A DNA stretch of 64,000 nucleotides from Salinivirgaceae bacterium (GCA_017645945.1 JAGCNL010000053.1:7816-71815); one strand, 5' to 3'; positions 26,063 through 35,876 are shown, counted from the stretch's first letter. Notes: generated by a model from the sequence alone, not told the origin. Numbers and translations: made by a program.

Positions 26063-28375
26063 ATGTCGATTCGGAGTTTATTTGCCGCATTGCTTATTCC
26101 GCTAATTATCAGCGGTTCGGCTGCTGGAGCTGAAAGTGAAGCTTCAAGTCAGTCGAAGCGCCCCAAAGTGGGACTTGTGCTGTCCGGAGGCGGTGCGAAA
26201 GGTATGGCGCACATTGGCGTTCTGAAAAAGCTTGAGTCGGTCGGGCTTTACCCCGATTACATCACCGGCACAAGTATGGGTAGTATTGTAGGCGCCTTAT
26301 ACTCAATAGGTTATTCGGTTGAAGAACTTGAAGATTTTGCCCGTAACTCCAATTGGCTCGAGCTGATGTCGAACACACTCGACACACGCTTTATATCAAT
26401 AAATCAGAAAGATGACCTTGGCTGCTATCCTGTGGAGTTCACTTTTGAAGGTGGCAAGCTGATACGTTCGTCAGGCGTGATTGAGGGACAGAACCTTTCG
26501 CAGTTTTTCTCGCGCCAGACGTGGTGCACTGCAGGCATAAACAGTTTCGACGACTACCCCATTCCGTTCCGCTGCTATGGCGTTGATATTCTGAAAGGAA
26601 GACTGGTTGAATTCAAGGACGGCGACCTTGCGCAAGCCATTCGCAGCAGCATGGCCATTCCGTTGGTTTTCTCGCCCGTATTGATTGAGACTCTGGCCGA
26701 TACGATGCTTATTGTCGATGGCGGCGTGATGCACAATTTCCCGGTTGAAGATGTGCGCAATATGGGCGCTGACATTGTGATTGGCTCCTACACTGGTTAT
26801 GATGAGTCAGTTACAGCTGCCGAAATGAACTCAATCGCAAAAATTACTGGCCGTGTGCTGATGTTTGGCGGTGTGAAAGATTCGAGAGACCAGGCGAAAA
26901 TGATTGACCCGAAATACCTGATAACGCCCAATGTAAAAGGCGTGCAACCATCTGATTTCTTGCAGGCTGATCTCATCATCAAACGCGGCGAGGATGCAGC
27001 CGAACTTCATATTGCCGACCTGAAACATCTTGCCGATTCGCTCAACGCCATTGAGCCGCGCAAACGCCCTGCTCCGCTTGTCAGGCGTGACTCGATAAAG
27101 GTCAGCCGCGTAGTAATCTGCGGTATTGAAAATACCGACAAGGAAAACGCCTACGGCATCATCGGTATCAGTGAGAATCAGTATGTTTCGGTGGCTATGA
27201 TTGAAGAGGGAATCACCCGTTTGTATTCAACACTGCTCTATAAATCAATCAATTACTGTATTGAATCGACACCCGACGGAAAAATCGCATTGGTTTTCAC
27301 AGTCAAGGAGAAAGGTCCTGCGCAACTCGATTTGGGAATCTACTACGACGAGACTTACAACATCGGTTTTACTGTGAAATACAGCCGCCGCAACTTTTTG
27401 AACAAAAAGTACGATGCGTTTGTTTTTGCCAACATCAACCGCTATCCGGGCATGCAGGCGCAGATTAGCCGAAACATCAGCAAAAACAACACGTTGAGCC
27501 TCAGCTCGCAGGTGGAGTATTTCTTCGATTTTAAAAAACTATACGACAATAACTATAAGCTCGGCGAGATAAAATTCAACCATTTCAACTGGGATGTCAT
27601 TGGTATCAACAAAGCCTTTGGAAGTCATACAAAATTGTGTGCATCAACATTTTATGAAACGTTATACACAAAAGTTGACCGTAATGTCTATTCGGCTCTG
27701 CCCGACACCAACTCAAACATATACTTCCAGTACGGCATGCGCTTGAAAATGAAGCACAACTCACTCGACCACAACATCTATCCAAAGACGGGCGCACGCT
27801 GGGACATTGAGGCTAAGGGCGTGCTGGGCTCGCACAAGAGAGTTGAGCTTTATGGACGAGAAGACTCGGTTTGTGACCGCACCAGTTACTTGAAATTCAA
27901 CACTAATTTCCAGTATGCGTTCACGGTTATGAAAGACCATATCACGCTACTTCCTTCGGCAAGTATCGGCATAGGCACTGACAATATGAATTTTGCTGAT
28001 GAGTTCTTTATTGGAGGCTATCGTTACAACAATCGATATGGCCAGATACCGTTTGCCGGATTGAAGCTGAATCAGTACAGCACGCATAATTACTTCATGA
28101 CGGGTATCTCACTCCGTTTACAGGATTATACCCCATTTGGCATCGAGCTTTTAAAATACGTGAATGGCATTGTCGGTGTGAACGTTATGGCAGCCTATGA
28201 CGCACTTTCCAACATTGATTTATTGAACCCTGCGTATATCAACGGAGCCATCCATGAAGGTTTCTTAATTCGTACGCCCATTGGCCCAATCACATTTGTT
28301 TGTGCCAATGACTATAAGACGGAAAAGAGAAGCTTGTATTTCAGCGTGGGATTTAATCTGCCGTATATCAAATAG
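26063..28375 (+). CDS. patatin-like phospholipase fused to an Omp85/surface-antigen-like beta-barrel
   Basis: GLVLSGGGAKGMAHIGV and GTSMGSIVG (GxSxG) patatin motifs plus a DGG catalytic Asp region. The C-terminal ~350 aa are beta-barrel-like and end in aromatic residues. Probable start is MSIRSLFAALL (26063); the track ORF starts at 26006. Confidence 0.8.
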   Translation: MSIRSLFAALLIPLIISGSAAGAESEASSQSKRPKVGLVLSGGGAKGMAHIGVLKKLESVGLYPDYITGTSMGSIVGALYSIGYSVEELEDFARNSNWLELMSNTLDTRFISINQKDDLGCYPVEFTFEGGKLIRSSGVIEGQNLSQFFSRQTWCTAGINSFDDYPIPFRCYGVDILKGRLVEFKDGDLAQAIRSSMAIPLVFSPVLIETLADTMLIVDGGVMHNFPVEDVRNMGADIVIGSYTGYDESVTAAEMNSIAKITGRVLMFGGVKDSRDQAKMIDPKYLITPNVKGVQPSDFLQADLIIKRGEDAAELHIADLKHLADSLNAIEPRKRPAPLVRRDSIKVSRVVICGIENTDKENAYGIIGISENQYVSVAMIEEGITRLYSTLLYKSINYCIESTPDGKIALVFTVKEKGPAQLDLGIYYDETYNIGFTVKYSRRNFLNKKYDAFVFANINRYPGMQAQISRNISKNNTLSLSSQVEYFFDFKKLYDNNYKLGEIKFNHFNWDVIGINKAFGSHTKLCASTFYETLYTKVDRNVYSALPDTNSNIYFQYGMRLKMKHNSLDHNIYPKTGARWDIEAKGVLGSHKRVELYGREDSVCDRTSYLKFNTNFQYAFTVMKDHITLLPSASIGIGTDNMNFADEFFIGGYRYNNRYGQIPFAGLKLNQYSTHNYFMTGISLRLQDYTPFGIELLKYVNGIVGVNVMAAYDALSNIDLLNPAYINGAIHEGFLIRTPIGPITFVCANDYKTEKRSLYFSVGFNLPYIK

Positions 28376-28397
28376 TTAGTTGATATTCAGTGCGATA

Positions 28398-29339
28398 TTA
28401 TCGTAAGTCCCCGCATTTTTTGTATCTGTCTGCCAGATATTCCTGCTCCCATTGGCCTTTGGTTGGGAAAAGGATGGCTCGGCGGCCGATGCGGTGCAAA
28501 TCCATTATGGTTGTGTAGCCCGACCGAGCAATCACATGCGGTGCCAACATGAGTAAACTGTTCAATTCTTGTGTTGATAGATGGTTGACAACGAGTGCGT
28601 TGCCATTGGTTACTTGATATTTTAGATTAGGTTCCGCTCCCACCACAAGAATACGTTTGGCAACACCATTCAGACGGCGCAGCACGCATTTTGTAAACAG
28701 CTTTTTCTGCCTTCCTGGTCCCGACAGCACAACCAGCACTTGCGGCACAGGCAGCGAAGGCTCGTGCATGCAATCAGCACTGAACCTTGAGAGCGGCCCG
28801 ATGTACTCAACCTCAGCATCGAGCGCTCCACCGTGCGATAACGCGCCTGAGAGCGACTTTGGGGCATCGGCATAGTCCGGTACACATATTTTGCCAAAAC
28901 GACGCAGCAGACGGGCTGTAAATGCGTGCAGCGGCTTTTTGAACAGTCGCAGGCATGGCAGCAACTGAATGTAGAGCTGGTGCGTGATGATGGTGCAGTT
29001 GGCTTTGCGGCTCCAAAGGCCGTATCTGTTGTCAGAAATGACTCGGCTCACTCCCATCTGCTTTATAATCCGTTGCAAACGCCAGTGCTCCAGCAAGATA
29101 CTTGCGCCGAAAAACGGTATTTGCAGCGCAAGTGCCAGCGGCAGCGGCCAAAAATAGCGCATCCGCCAGCCTTTCAGCCTGATATGCGTAAGGTTTGGGA
29201 ATTCTTGTTTAAGAAACGCGGCAGCCGCTCCGTCAGCAGCAATTATGACCTTCTCTCCTTTTGCCAGACACTCGTTTATTATTGGCACACAACGTGTTGC
29301 GTGACCTAATCCCCAATCGAGTGGCGCAACGAGAGTCAT
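28398..29339 (-). CDS. glycosyltransferase (GT28/MurG-like fold)
   Basis: 313 aa ORF. N-terminus APLDWGLGHATRCVPII resembles the G-loop of the GT1/GT28 family. The C-terminal region has SGYTTIMD. Confidence 0.55.
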   Translation of the reverse strand: MTLVAPLDWGLGHATRCVPIINECLAKGEKVIIAADGAAAAFLKQEFPNLTHIRLKGWRMRYFWPLPLALALQIPFFGASILLEHWRLQRIIKQMGVSRVISDNRYGLWSRKANCTIITHQLYIQLLPCLRLFKKPLHAFTARLLRRFGKICVPDYADAPKSLSGALSHGGALDAEVEYIGPLSRFSADCMHEPSLPVPQVLVVLSGPGRQKKLFTKCVLRRLNGVAKRILVVGAEPNLKYQVTNGNALVVNHLSTQELNSLLMLAPHVIARSGYTTIMDLHRIGRRAILFPTKGQWEQEYLADRYKKCGDLR

Positions 29340-29344
29340 TGATA

Positions 29345-29442
29345 GTAGGATTTAGAAGTTAGGATTTATGAGTTGGAAGTTAGTAATTAGTAGTAATCTG
29401 CGATTAAATCTTAATTCCTACATCCTAAATCCTAAATATCTT
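29345..29442. repeat. heptad-periodic word array whose two halves are reverse complements
   Basis: gtaggat ttagaag ttaggat ttatgag ttggaag ttagtaa ttagtag taatctg cgattaa atcttaa ttcctac atcctaa atcctaa atatctt. All 14 heptads are in one register. TTAGGAT on the left and ATCCTAA on the right are reverse complements. Confidence 0.85.
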
Positions 29443-29942
29443 TATACCAGTCGTTTAGACAGCGTGTCGTGGCGCATTTTGCTGTTGACAAAATCGAACG
29501 GATAGAGCAAAACCACGCCCGGTTTGATGCCTTTCTTGAAGCAGCCGTATTCGTTGTCGATTCCCAAAACGCGCGCCGCACCGATTGTGGCGTTTGCCAG
29601 AGCATCGTCGAACGAAGCGCCATCAGTTTGCAAGCCAAACATTTGGTTTACAACAGGTTCCTTTGCGTTGTACGAGAGCTGGTTGGGGTCTGTAACATCG
29701 ATTTGAACGCCAGAAAGACAGCGGATACGCACGCCTTTTTCGGTCATATCGGCGCTGGTAGAGTTGATGATAAAGCCAGGAACCAGAACGCCGTTGTGGT
29801 ATTCAAGTCCCTCTTCCTCAATCAGTTTGCCGCCTGTATCGACAATGTCGAGAATTGTTCCGTCGTCGTCAACCACCAAATGTCCGAATTTGATAGGCTT
29901 TTCGATGCACGGATAAACCACGTTTGCTGCTATCTTTCTCAT
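29442..29942 (-). CDS. short amidohydrolase-like protein lacking the catalytic barrel
   Basis: 166 aa ORF. The N-terminus (GHLVVDDDGTILDIV...GVLVPGFIIN) and the C-terminus (ANATIGAARVLGIDNEYGCFKKGIKPGVVL) resemble the two ends of metal-dependent amidohydrolases. There is no HxH motif and no central region. Confidence 0.45.
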   Translation of the reverse strand: MRKIAANVVYPCIEKPIKFGHLVVDDDGTILDIVDTGGKLIEEEGLEYHNGVLVPGFIINSTSADMTEKGVRIRCLSGVQIDVTDPNQLSYNAKEPVVNQMFGLQTDGASFDDALANATIGAARVLGIDNEYGCFKKGIKPGVVLLYPFDFVNSKMRHDTLSKRLV

Positions 29943-29969
29943 ACTGTTGCTAATAAATTCAATAGTTTG

Positions 29970-30566
29970 TTAAATGTTTTCAGGTGTAAATTTATTATTT
30001 CGCTCTTTCGTTGGATTCAACGGCGGCAATTTTATTCCACAATTTTGACAAATTTCAGTGGAATCCGTACTGCGCGGCGTGCCGCAAGCAGGACAAATGC
30101 CAGGATTCGACATCCAAACCATCTGATTATGTTGCACTTGCGCCTCGCCTTCGAAAGTAGGAAGACAAATGGCATTGGCTATCGCCTTGCGAATGAATGA
30201 GTTCTGAATCGATGCAGTGCCGAAACCAACGGCAACAGCGGCCGCAATCAGTATGTATGTGACTGTTTTGTAATTGTTCACACCTACAATCACGGCGGCA
30301 ATGGCTATCATCACTGCCAGGAAAAGCGCGTTTTTCAGGCTGAAACCGTAACTGACAACAGCTTTCGACGGCTCGGTGCGCACGCTGACGCTGATGGGCG
30401 TCGGGACAAGGAAAAGTCGGCGCCAATTGTGGATAAATAGCTGATTGCCTTCGGTTTTAAGGTCGAGCGTCTCACCTATTGCACATTCGGCATCGGGCAG
30501 CTGAAGGTCGGCTGAGTTGTAGAACTCAACGTTGTCAGAATACCAGAATGGCTGACGGGAAGGCAT
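29970..30566 (-). CDS. membrane protein with a C-terminal zinc-ribbon (CPACG...CQNCG)
   Basis: 198 aa ORF with two predicted TM helices in the middle and a CxxC...CxxC motif near the C-terminus. Confidence 0.5.
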   Translation of the reverse strand: MPSRQPFWYSDNVEFYNSADLQLPDAECAIGETLDLKTEGNQLFIHNWRRLFLVPTPISVSVRTEPSKAVVSYGFSLKNALFLAVMIAIAAVIVGVNNYKTVTYILIAAAVAVGFGTASIQNSFIRKAIANAICLPTFEGEAQVQHNQMVWMSNPGICPACGTPRSTDSTEICQNCGIKLPPLNPTKERNNKFTPENI

Positions 30567-31154
30567 TTATTTGTTGATAAAATAATGGCGCAGCTCTTTC
30601 TGCACCACGCAGCCCAGCGTGTCGTGTGGGTTATTCACTTCAACCTTGACAAGCCCGATGTTTTTGGCGTAGTACTCGCGAGTGTTCCAATGGTCGACAT
30701 TGTCCAGACTTTCAATGAATTCAGTGACGCAATAAATGTTTTTGTAAACCGAATCGCCCACTACAAGCGAATCGATGGCAACCTCGGAGCGTTTCAGCTT
30801 GTCGCCGTTGTTTTCATCGACAATCCAAACCGCACTGCCCTTGGCGCGGAGCAGTTCCTTCATCGGATAGAGCGGCGAAGGCTGGTAGATGCTGTATTTG
30901 TAGAGGTAATGGCCGTCCCACACGGGCACGTAGCACTCGTCGGTGTAGTCGGTCGATGTGGTTGACGGACGGTAGCTGTGGAGCTCGTAGCTGGTGGCGC
31001 GTACGCGGGTGCCGTCGGTATAGTCCCAATATGAGCCTGGAAAAGCAGGCAGATAGGCGTCCGGGGTGATGTATTGAGGGTCAGAGCCGTCGCCGCAAGC
31101 CGCAAAAACGGCCAGTCCGGCAGCCACAATAAACGAAAGTCTAAACGTTCGCAT
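30567..31154 (-). CDS. lipoprotein, unknown function
   Basis: 195 aa ORF. MRTFRLSFIVAAGLAVFAAC is a lipobox signal. Abuts the next gene and overlaps the lgt 3' end by 14 nt. Confidence 0.6.
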   Translation of the reverse strand: MRTFRLSFIVAAGLAVFAACGDGSDPQYITPDAYLPAFPGSYWDYTDGTRVRATSYELHSYRPSTTSTDYTDECYVPVWDGHYLYKYSIYQPSPLYPMKELLRAKGSAVWIVDENNGDKLKRSEVAIDSLVVGDSVYKNIYCVTEFIESLDNVDHWNTREYYAKNIGLVKVEVNNPHDTLGCVVQKELRHYFINK

Positions 31155-31941
31155 TTTTATCTCTTTTTAATGATAACACAATGAATATCAAGCCTAAAAT
31201 CACAAACGGAATGCTCAGCCACTGCCCCATGTCGAGCGTCATCGACTTCTCAAAATCGACCTGAGTCTCTTTGGTGAACTCGATGAAGAACCGGAACGAG
31301 AAGATGAGCGCCATTGTCAGGCCGAAAATCAGTCCTTTTCGCTTCGGCGCATTGGTCTTGAAGTACATCCAGAGCAGCGTGAGCCCCATTGTAAGATAGC
31401 CCAGCGCCTCGTATAGCTGCGACGGGTGGCGCGGGAAATCCTCGCCGTTGTTCTCGAAGATGAAGCCCCACGGCTGCGTTGTCGGGCAGCCTACAATCTC
31501 AGAGTTCATCAGGTTTCCCATCCGGATGAAGAATCCCGAAAGGGCAATCATTATGGCCAGACGGTCGAAGAGCCAGAGCGTATCGACCTTGTATTTCTTT
31601 ACAAAGATGCCCAGCGCGATGAACAATCCGATGCCGGCGCCGTGACTGGCCAAGCCTCCCTCCCATATTTTCAGTATCTGCAGCGGGTGGCGCAGATAGA
31701 TGTCGGGCTCGTAGAACAGGCAGTGCCCCAGTCGTGCTCCGACAATGGTGCCTATGAAGAAATATAACAGCAAGGTGTCGATGTAGTCGAGCTTCACACC
31801 TTCGCGCTTGAAGATGTGCTTCATAAGGTAGTAACCCACCACGAAAGCTGTGGCGAAAAGCACGCCGTACCAGCGCGGCCCGAAGGCGCCAATGCTGAAG
31901 ATTTCAGGCGACGGATGCCAATGAATGTATGCAAGGTCCAT
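31141..31941 (-). CDS. lgt: prolipoprotein diacylglyceryl transferase
   Basis: 266 aa polytopic protein. IHWHPSPEIFSIGAFGPRWYGVLFATAF and GGLASHGA are typical of Lgt. Confidence 0.85.
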   Translation of the reverse strand: MDLAYIHWHPSPEIFSIGAFGPRWYGVLFATAFVVGYYLMKHIFKREGVKLDYIDTLLLYFFIGTIVGARLGHCLFYEPDIYLRHPLQILKIWEGGLASHGAGIGLFIALGIFVKKYKVDTLWLFDRLAIMIALSGFFIRMGNLMNSEIVGCPTTQPWGFIFENNGEDFPRHPSQLYEALGYLTMGLTLLWMYFKTNAPKRKGLIFGLTMALIFSFRFFIEFTKETQVDFEKSMTLDMGQWLSIPFVILGLIFIVLSLKRDKNANV

Positions 31942-32043
31942 TTTGAACGATTTTGCGCAAAGTAAAGCAGAAAAGAGTGAAGTTACAAGGTTTCTAGCAC
32001 GGATGACACGGACGGCACGGATTTTTTGTCGCTGCCCACTGAG

Positions 32044-32499
32044 TTAAAACCCGATTTTCGGCGACACCATATCTTCTATGAGCACGCCGATGCAGCCCTT
32101 GGTTTCGCTGTCAACATCCAGACGGTTTGGTGCGGTGATAATCAGCTCAACGCTGTTGTGCTTGCGGCATGAAAACTCAATGTCGGTCAGAAAATCATCC
32201 TGTGAGTTGTCATAAAGAATGCGGCCGTCAGTGTTTTTGATTACGAACGATACAACGCCGTTATAAAGCGAATCGGAGCAAATTGTCATTCTATAGTCCT
32301 TACCTTCAAGCAAATCCATATAGACGCATTTGCTCTCACCAGGCTTGAAAGCGAAGCTCACAGATGCCTCGTTGACCGAATACGCAAAAGCCCCTTTCTT
32401 GGGGCAGCAGTTTTGTTTGTGGAAATTGAAGCAGTCCTGCGCCTTCAGATTGCAGCAGACTCCTAAGAGCAGCAACGATAGCAGGATGCGTGAAGCCAT
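32044..32499 (-). CDS. secreted Cys-containing protein, paralog B of a tandem pair
   Basis: 151 aa ORF with a signal peptide. Shares blocks with the upstream gene (GKDYRMTICSD/GRDYRISFCHD, ILYDNSQDDF/VLYDNSEDAF, C-terminal GCIGVLIEDMVSPKIGF/GCIGILIEHMITPVKGF). The start overlaps the upstream stop (TGATG). Confidence 0.6.
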   Translation of the reverse strand: MASRILLSLLLLGVCCNLKAQDCFNFHKQNCCPKKGAFAYSVNEASVSFAFKPGESKCVYMDLLEGKDYRMTICSDSLYNGVVSFVIKNTDGRILYDNSQDDFLTDIEFSCRKHNSVELIITAPNRLDVDSETKGCIGVLIEDMVSPKIGF

Positions 32500-33020
32500 C
32501 AGAATCCTTTGACAGGTGTAATCATGTGTTCAATCAAAATTCCGATGCAGCCCATTTCTGTGTCTTTCCTGACAAAAATCAAGTCGCTCTGACCTTCTGC
32601 CTCCGACATGCGGCTGCTGCCCGGAACTTCAATCTCGATGTATATTTCACTTGTTTGTGTGACAGTGAATTCAAAAGCTGAAGCGAAAGCGTCTTCCGAG
32701 TTGTCGTACAATACGTTCTCGGTTGCCACATCAATGATTCTCATTATTATTCCTTCGCCAAGAATTTCGTCGTGGCAGAACGAAATGCGGTAGTCGCGTC
32801 CGTTGTAGATAATTGATTTAATGCGAGATACCTGACCTTTAACAAACAATGCGCTGCGCGAATCGTCAACAACACGATAATAGATATTCTTACTTGTCGG
32901 GCAACTGTCCTTGTGATAGCCCCAGCAACGGCGCATCGAATAATCGTTGGTTTGTGACATACCTGCAAACGGGAGCAGAATAATAAACAGCAAAAGGATT
33001 TTTATCGATTTTCTATTCAT
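32499..33020 (-). CDS. secreted Cys-containing protein, paralog A of a tandem pair
   Basis: Probable start MNRKSIKILLLFIILLPFAGMSQ (ATG 33018-33020); the track ORF extends to 33086. Paralogous to 32044-32499. Confidence 0.6.
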   Translation of the reverse strand: MNRKSIKILLLFIILLPFAGMSQTNDYSMRRCWGYHKDSCPTSKNIYYRVVDDSRSALFVKGQVSRIKSIIYNGRDYRISFCHDEILGEGIIMRIIDVATENVLYDNSEDAFASAFEFTVTQTSEIYIEIEVPGSSRMSEAEGQSDLIFVRKDTEMGCIGILIEHMITPVKGF

Positions 33021-33140
33021 CGTGTTCAATCTGTGAATGTTAATAACATATTGGCGAGAAAGTTTCCCTTCTATCCAACACCGCAAAATTATATCTTTTA
33101 ACTTAAAAAAATAAAATTGGTTTCATTATTTGTTATCGTA

Positions 33141-33833
33141 CTATCCGAACTCGCTCAAACTTTCGAGCAGCTGCTTGCTCAAAATCTTGACATTCTTTCC
33201 TTCGATGTTGATAATCTTATCGTTATGAAACTCTTTCAGAATTCTGATGGCGCTCTCGGTTGACATTCCGCAGAAATCGGCCATATCGCGGCGGGTAATC
33301 TGCATGTTGAACTCGTCGGAGCCGTAGATGTTGCGTGAGAAATGCAGCAGTGCGTCGGCCATACGTCCGTTCAGCTGCTTTTGCGTGAGGCTGATAATCC
33401 TGTCGATGGTGTTGGAGTATTCCTTATTTAGCTGGATTATAGACTTTTCCGCAAAATCAGGATATTCTCTAATCTGGTTTTTAATGATATTGACGTTGAC
33501 AGAGAAAACCGTCGTCGGCATTACGGTTGCTACGGAAAAGAGGTTTGTCTCGTTGTTGTAAATCGATGACAACCCGAACACCTCGCCCTTGCGGACGAAA
33601 CTCATTATAAGATTCTCGCCTTTGTACTCTCTGTAAACCTTCAGCATGCCGCTGACCACAAAACTGACGTTAGTCGCAAAAGAGCCCTGCTTGCAGACAA
33701 TCTCATTCTTGTTGTAATCGAGACAAACGCTGTTTTTCAATACTATAGCCCAATGTTCGTCAGTCAGCTGATCAAACCAAATGGGGAAATCTTCTTTTTT
33801 TATCTGCATATCTTTCCATGTTTTTAGTTGCAA
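33141..33833 (-). CDS. Crp/Fnr family transcriptional regulator
   Basis: 230 aa ORF with a cNMP-binding-like beta-roll (GEVFGLSS) and a C-terminal HTH (RRDMADFCGMSTESAIRILKEF). Confidence 0.8.
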   Translation of the reverse strand: MQLKTWKDMQIKKEDFPIWFDQLTDEHWAIVLKNSVCLDYNKNEIVCKQGSFATNVSFVVSGMLKVYREYKGENLIMSFVRKGEVFGLSSIYNNETNLFSVATVMPTTVFSVNVNIIKNQIREYPDFAEKSIIQLNKEYSNTIDRIISLTQKQLNGRMADALLHFSRNIYGSDEFNMQITRRDMADFCGMSTESAIRILKEFHNDKIINIEGKNVKILSKQLLESLSEFG

Positions 33834-34010
33834 AATAATCGGAGGCTTTCTCCTCCATAAATTTTATGTGAATATATGAAGTGCGATTGTGATTCACAAA
33901 TTTTTCTGACGTAAATCATAAAAATAACCTTTTTCGGCAAACGGCGGCTGGTGTTTGACTTTCACATCAAGACTGACTATATTCGCCGCGCAGTTAATAA
34001 TTACTACACA

Positions 34011-35876
34011 ATGAACTACCTGCAAGCCGAAAACATCGCCAAATCGTACGGCGACCTTGTGCTTTACAGCAACATAAGTTTGAGCGTCGAACGTGAGCAG
34101 CACGTGGCCATCATTGCCAACAATGGTGCAGGAAAGACTTCGCTGCTGCGGATTTTGGCTGGCGCCGACACTCCCGACAGCGGCAGTGTCACTATTCGCA
34201 ACGACCTGCGGCTGGGCTATCTTGAGCAAAGTCCCAAGCTTAACCCGGAACTTACTGTCATTGAGGAAGTTTTCGAATCGTCGGATGTGACGCTGCAAAC
34301 CATCAAAGAGTATGAGATGGCTTGCCTCGACACTAATGCCGAACGGCTGGCCAACGCCACAAGTGCGATGGACGCTTCCAAAGCCTGGAACTATGAGGCT
34401 CGCATCAAACAGATTCTCTCACAGCTGAATATCAACAATTTTGAGCAGAAAGTCGGGCAACTGTCTGGCGGACAGAAAAAGCGCCTTGCGCTGGCAAAAA
34501 CGTTGATCGACGACCCTGACATTCTGATTCTCGACGAGCCAACGAACCACTTGGACCTGAATATGATAGAGTGGCTCGAAGCGTTCCTTAACTCATCGAA
34601 ATCGACATTGATAATGGTCACTCACGACCGTTATTTTCTCGACCGCGTGTGCGACATCATTTACGAAATCGACGACAAGCAAATATTCAAATATCGCGGC
34701 AACTACTCTTACTTCCTGGCCAAACGCGAAGAGCGTATCTACAATCAGAACAGCGAGATAGAGAAAGCCCGCCAACTCTACAAAAAGGAACTTGACTGGA
34801 TTCGGCGAATGCCGCAAGCGCGCGGAACAAAGGCCAAATACCGCATCGACGCATTCGAAGACATCAAGGCAACAGCCTTCAAAAGCACCAAAAGCGAGTC
34901 AATGCAAATCGACATTAAAGGTGCACGGTTAGGCACAAAAATCATCGACCTTTTCAGCATCGACAAGCGGTTTGGCGACAAGGTGCTCCTCGACGATTTT
35001 ACCTATCAGTTCCGTCGCGGTGAGAAGATTGGCGTGGTTGGCTCGAATGGCGCAGGTAAGACCACGCTGCTGAACATCATCACTGGCAACGAGCCTTGCG
35101 ACCGCGGCCGAATTGAAATCGGCACAACCATCAAAATCGGCTACTATAGGCAGGAAGAAGTGTCGTTCGACGAGAACAAGCGCGTGATTGAAGTGATTCA
35201 GGATGTGGCCGAAGACATTGCCGTTGGCGAAGGCACAAGGCTGTCGCCCACGCAGTTTCTGAACTATTTCCTGTTTCCGCATCAGATGCACTACGCCTAC
35301 GTGAGCAAGTTGAGCGGCGGCGAGCGCAAACGTCTTTATCTGATGACGGTGCTGATGCGCAACCCAAATTTCCTCATTCTCGATGAGCCTACCAACGACC
35401 TTGATATTGTGACACTTAACGTGTTGGAAGATTATCTGTCGAAGTACGACGGCTGCGTGCTGATTGTGTCGCACGACCGCTTTTTTATGGACAAGGTGGT
35501 TGACCATCTGTTTGTGTTTGAAGGAGATGGAAAGATTAAGGACTATCCTGGCAACTACACTCAATACCGCGACTGGAAAAACAGTCAGGCGAAAGCCGAA
35601 ACGGCCGCCGCCAAGCCCGAGCAATCGCAGCAGAAGCCGCGCGAGCGCGCCGACGCCAAACGCCGAATGACCTTCAAGGAGAAGAAGGAATTTGAGCAGC
35701 TAGAGGCTGAAATAGAGCAACTTGAGACCGAAAAAAGCGAGATTGAAGCTGCATTGTCGGGTGGTGAGAGCGACGCAAAGCGAATCACCGAACTCTCAAC
35801 CCGATTCGACGAAGTGAGCCGCCTTCTCGATGAAAAAAGTGACAGGTGGATTGAGTTGAGCGAGATTGAGAGTTAG
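34011..35876 (+). CDS. ABC-F family ATPase (Uup/YheS-like)
   Basis: Two ABC cassettes (ANNGAGKTS / LSGGQKKR / ILILDEPTNHLD and GSNGAGKTT / LSGGERKR / FLILDEPTNDLD), with a charged coiled-coil C-terminus and no TM domain. Probable start MNYLQAENIAKSYG at 34011. Confidence 0.9.
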   Translation: MNYLQAENIAKSYGDLVLYSNISLSVEREQHVAIIANNGAGKTSLLRILAGADTPDSGSVTIRNDLRLGYLEQSPKLNPELTVIEEVFESSDVTLQTIKEYEMACLDTNAERLANATSAMDASKAWNYEARIKQILSQLNINNFEQKVGQLSGGQKKRLALAKTLIDDPDILILDEPTNHLDLNMIEWLEAFLNSSKSTLIMVTHDRYFLDRVCDIIYEIDDKQIFKYRGNYSYFLAKREERIYNQNSEIEKARQLYKKELDWIRRMPQARGTKAKYRIDAFEDIKATAFKSTKSESMQIDIKGARLGTKIIDLFSIDKRFGDKVLLDDFTYQFRRGEKIGVVGSNGAGKTTLLNIITGNEPCDRGRIEIGTTIKIGYYRQEEVSFDENKRVIEVIQDVAEDIAVGEGTRLSPTQFLNYFLFPHQMHYAYVSKLSGGERKRLYLMTVLMRNPNFLILDEPTNDLDIVTLNVLEDYLSKYDGCVLIVSHDRFFMDKVVDHLFVFEGDGKIKDYPGNYTQYRDWKNSQAKAETAAAKPEQSQQKPRERADAKRRMTFKEKKEFEQLEAEIEQLETEKSEIEAALSGGESDAKRITELSTRFDEVSRLLDEKSDRWIELSEIES

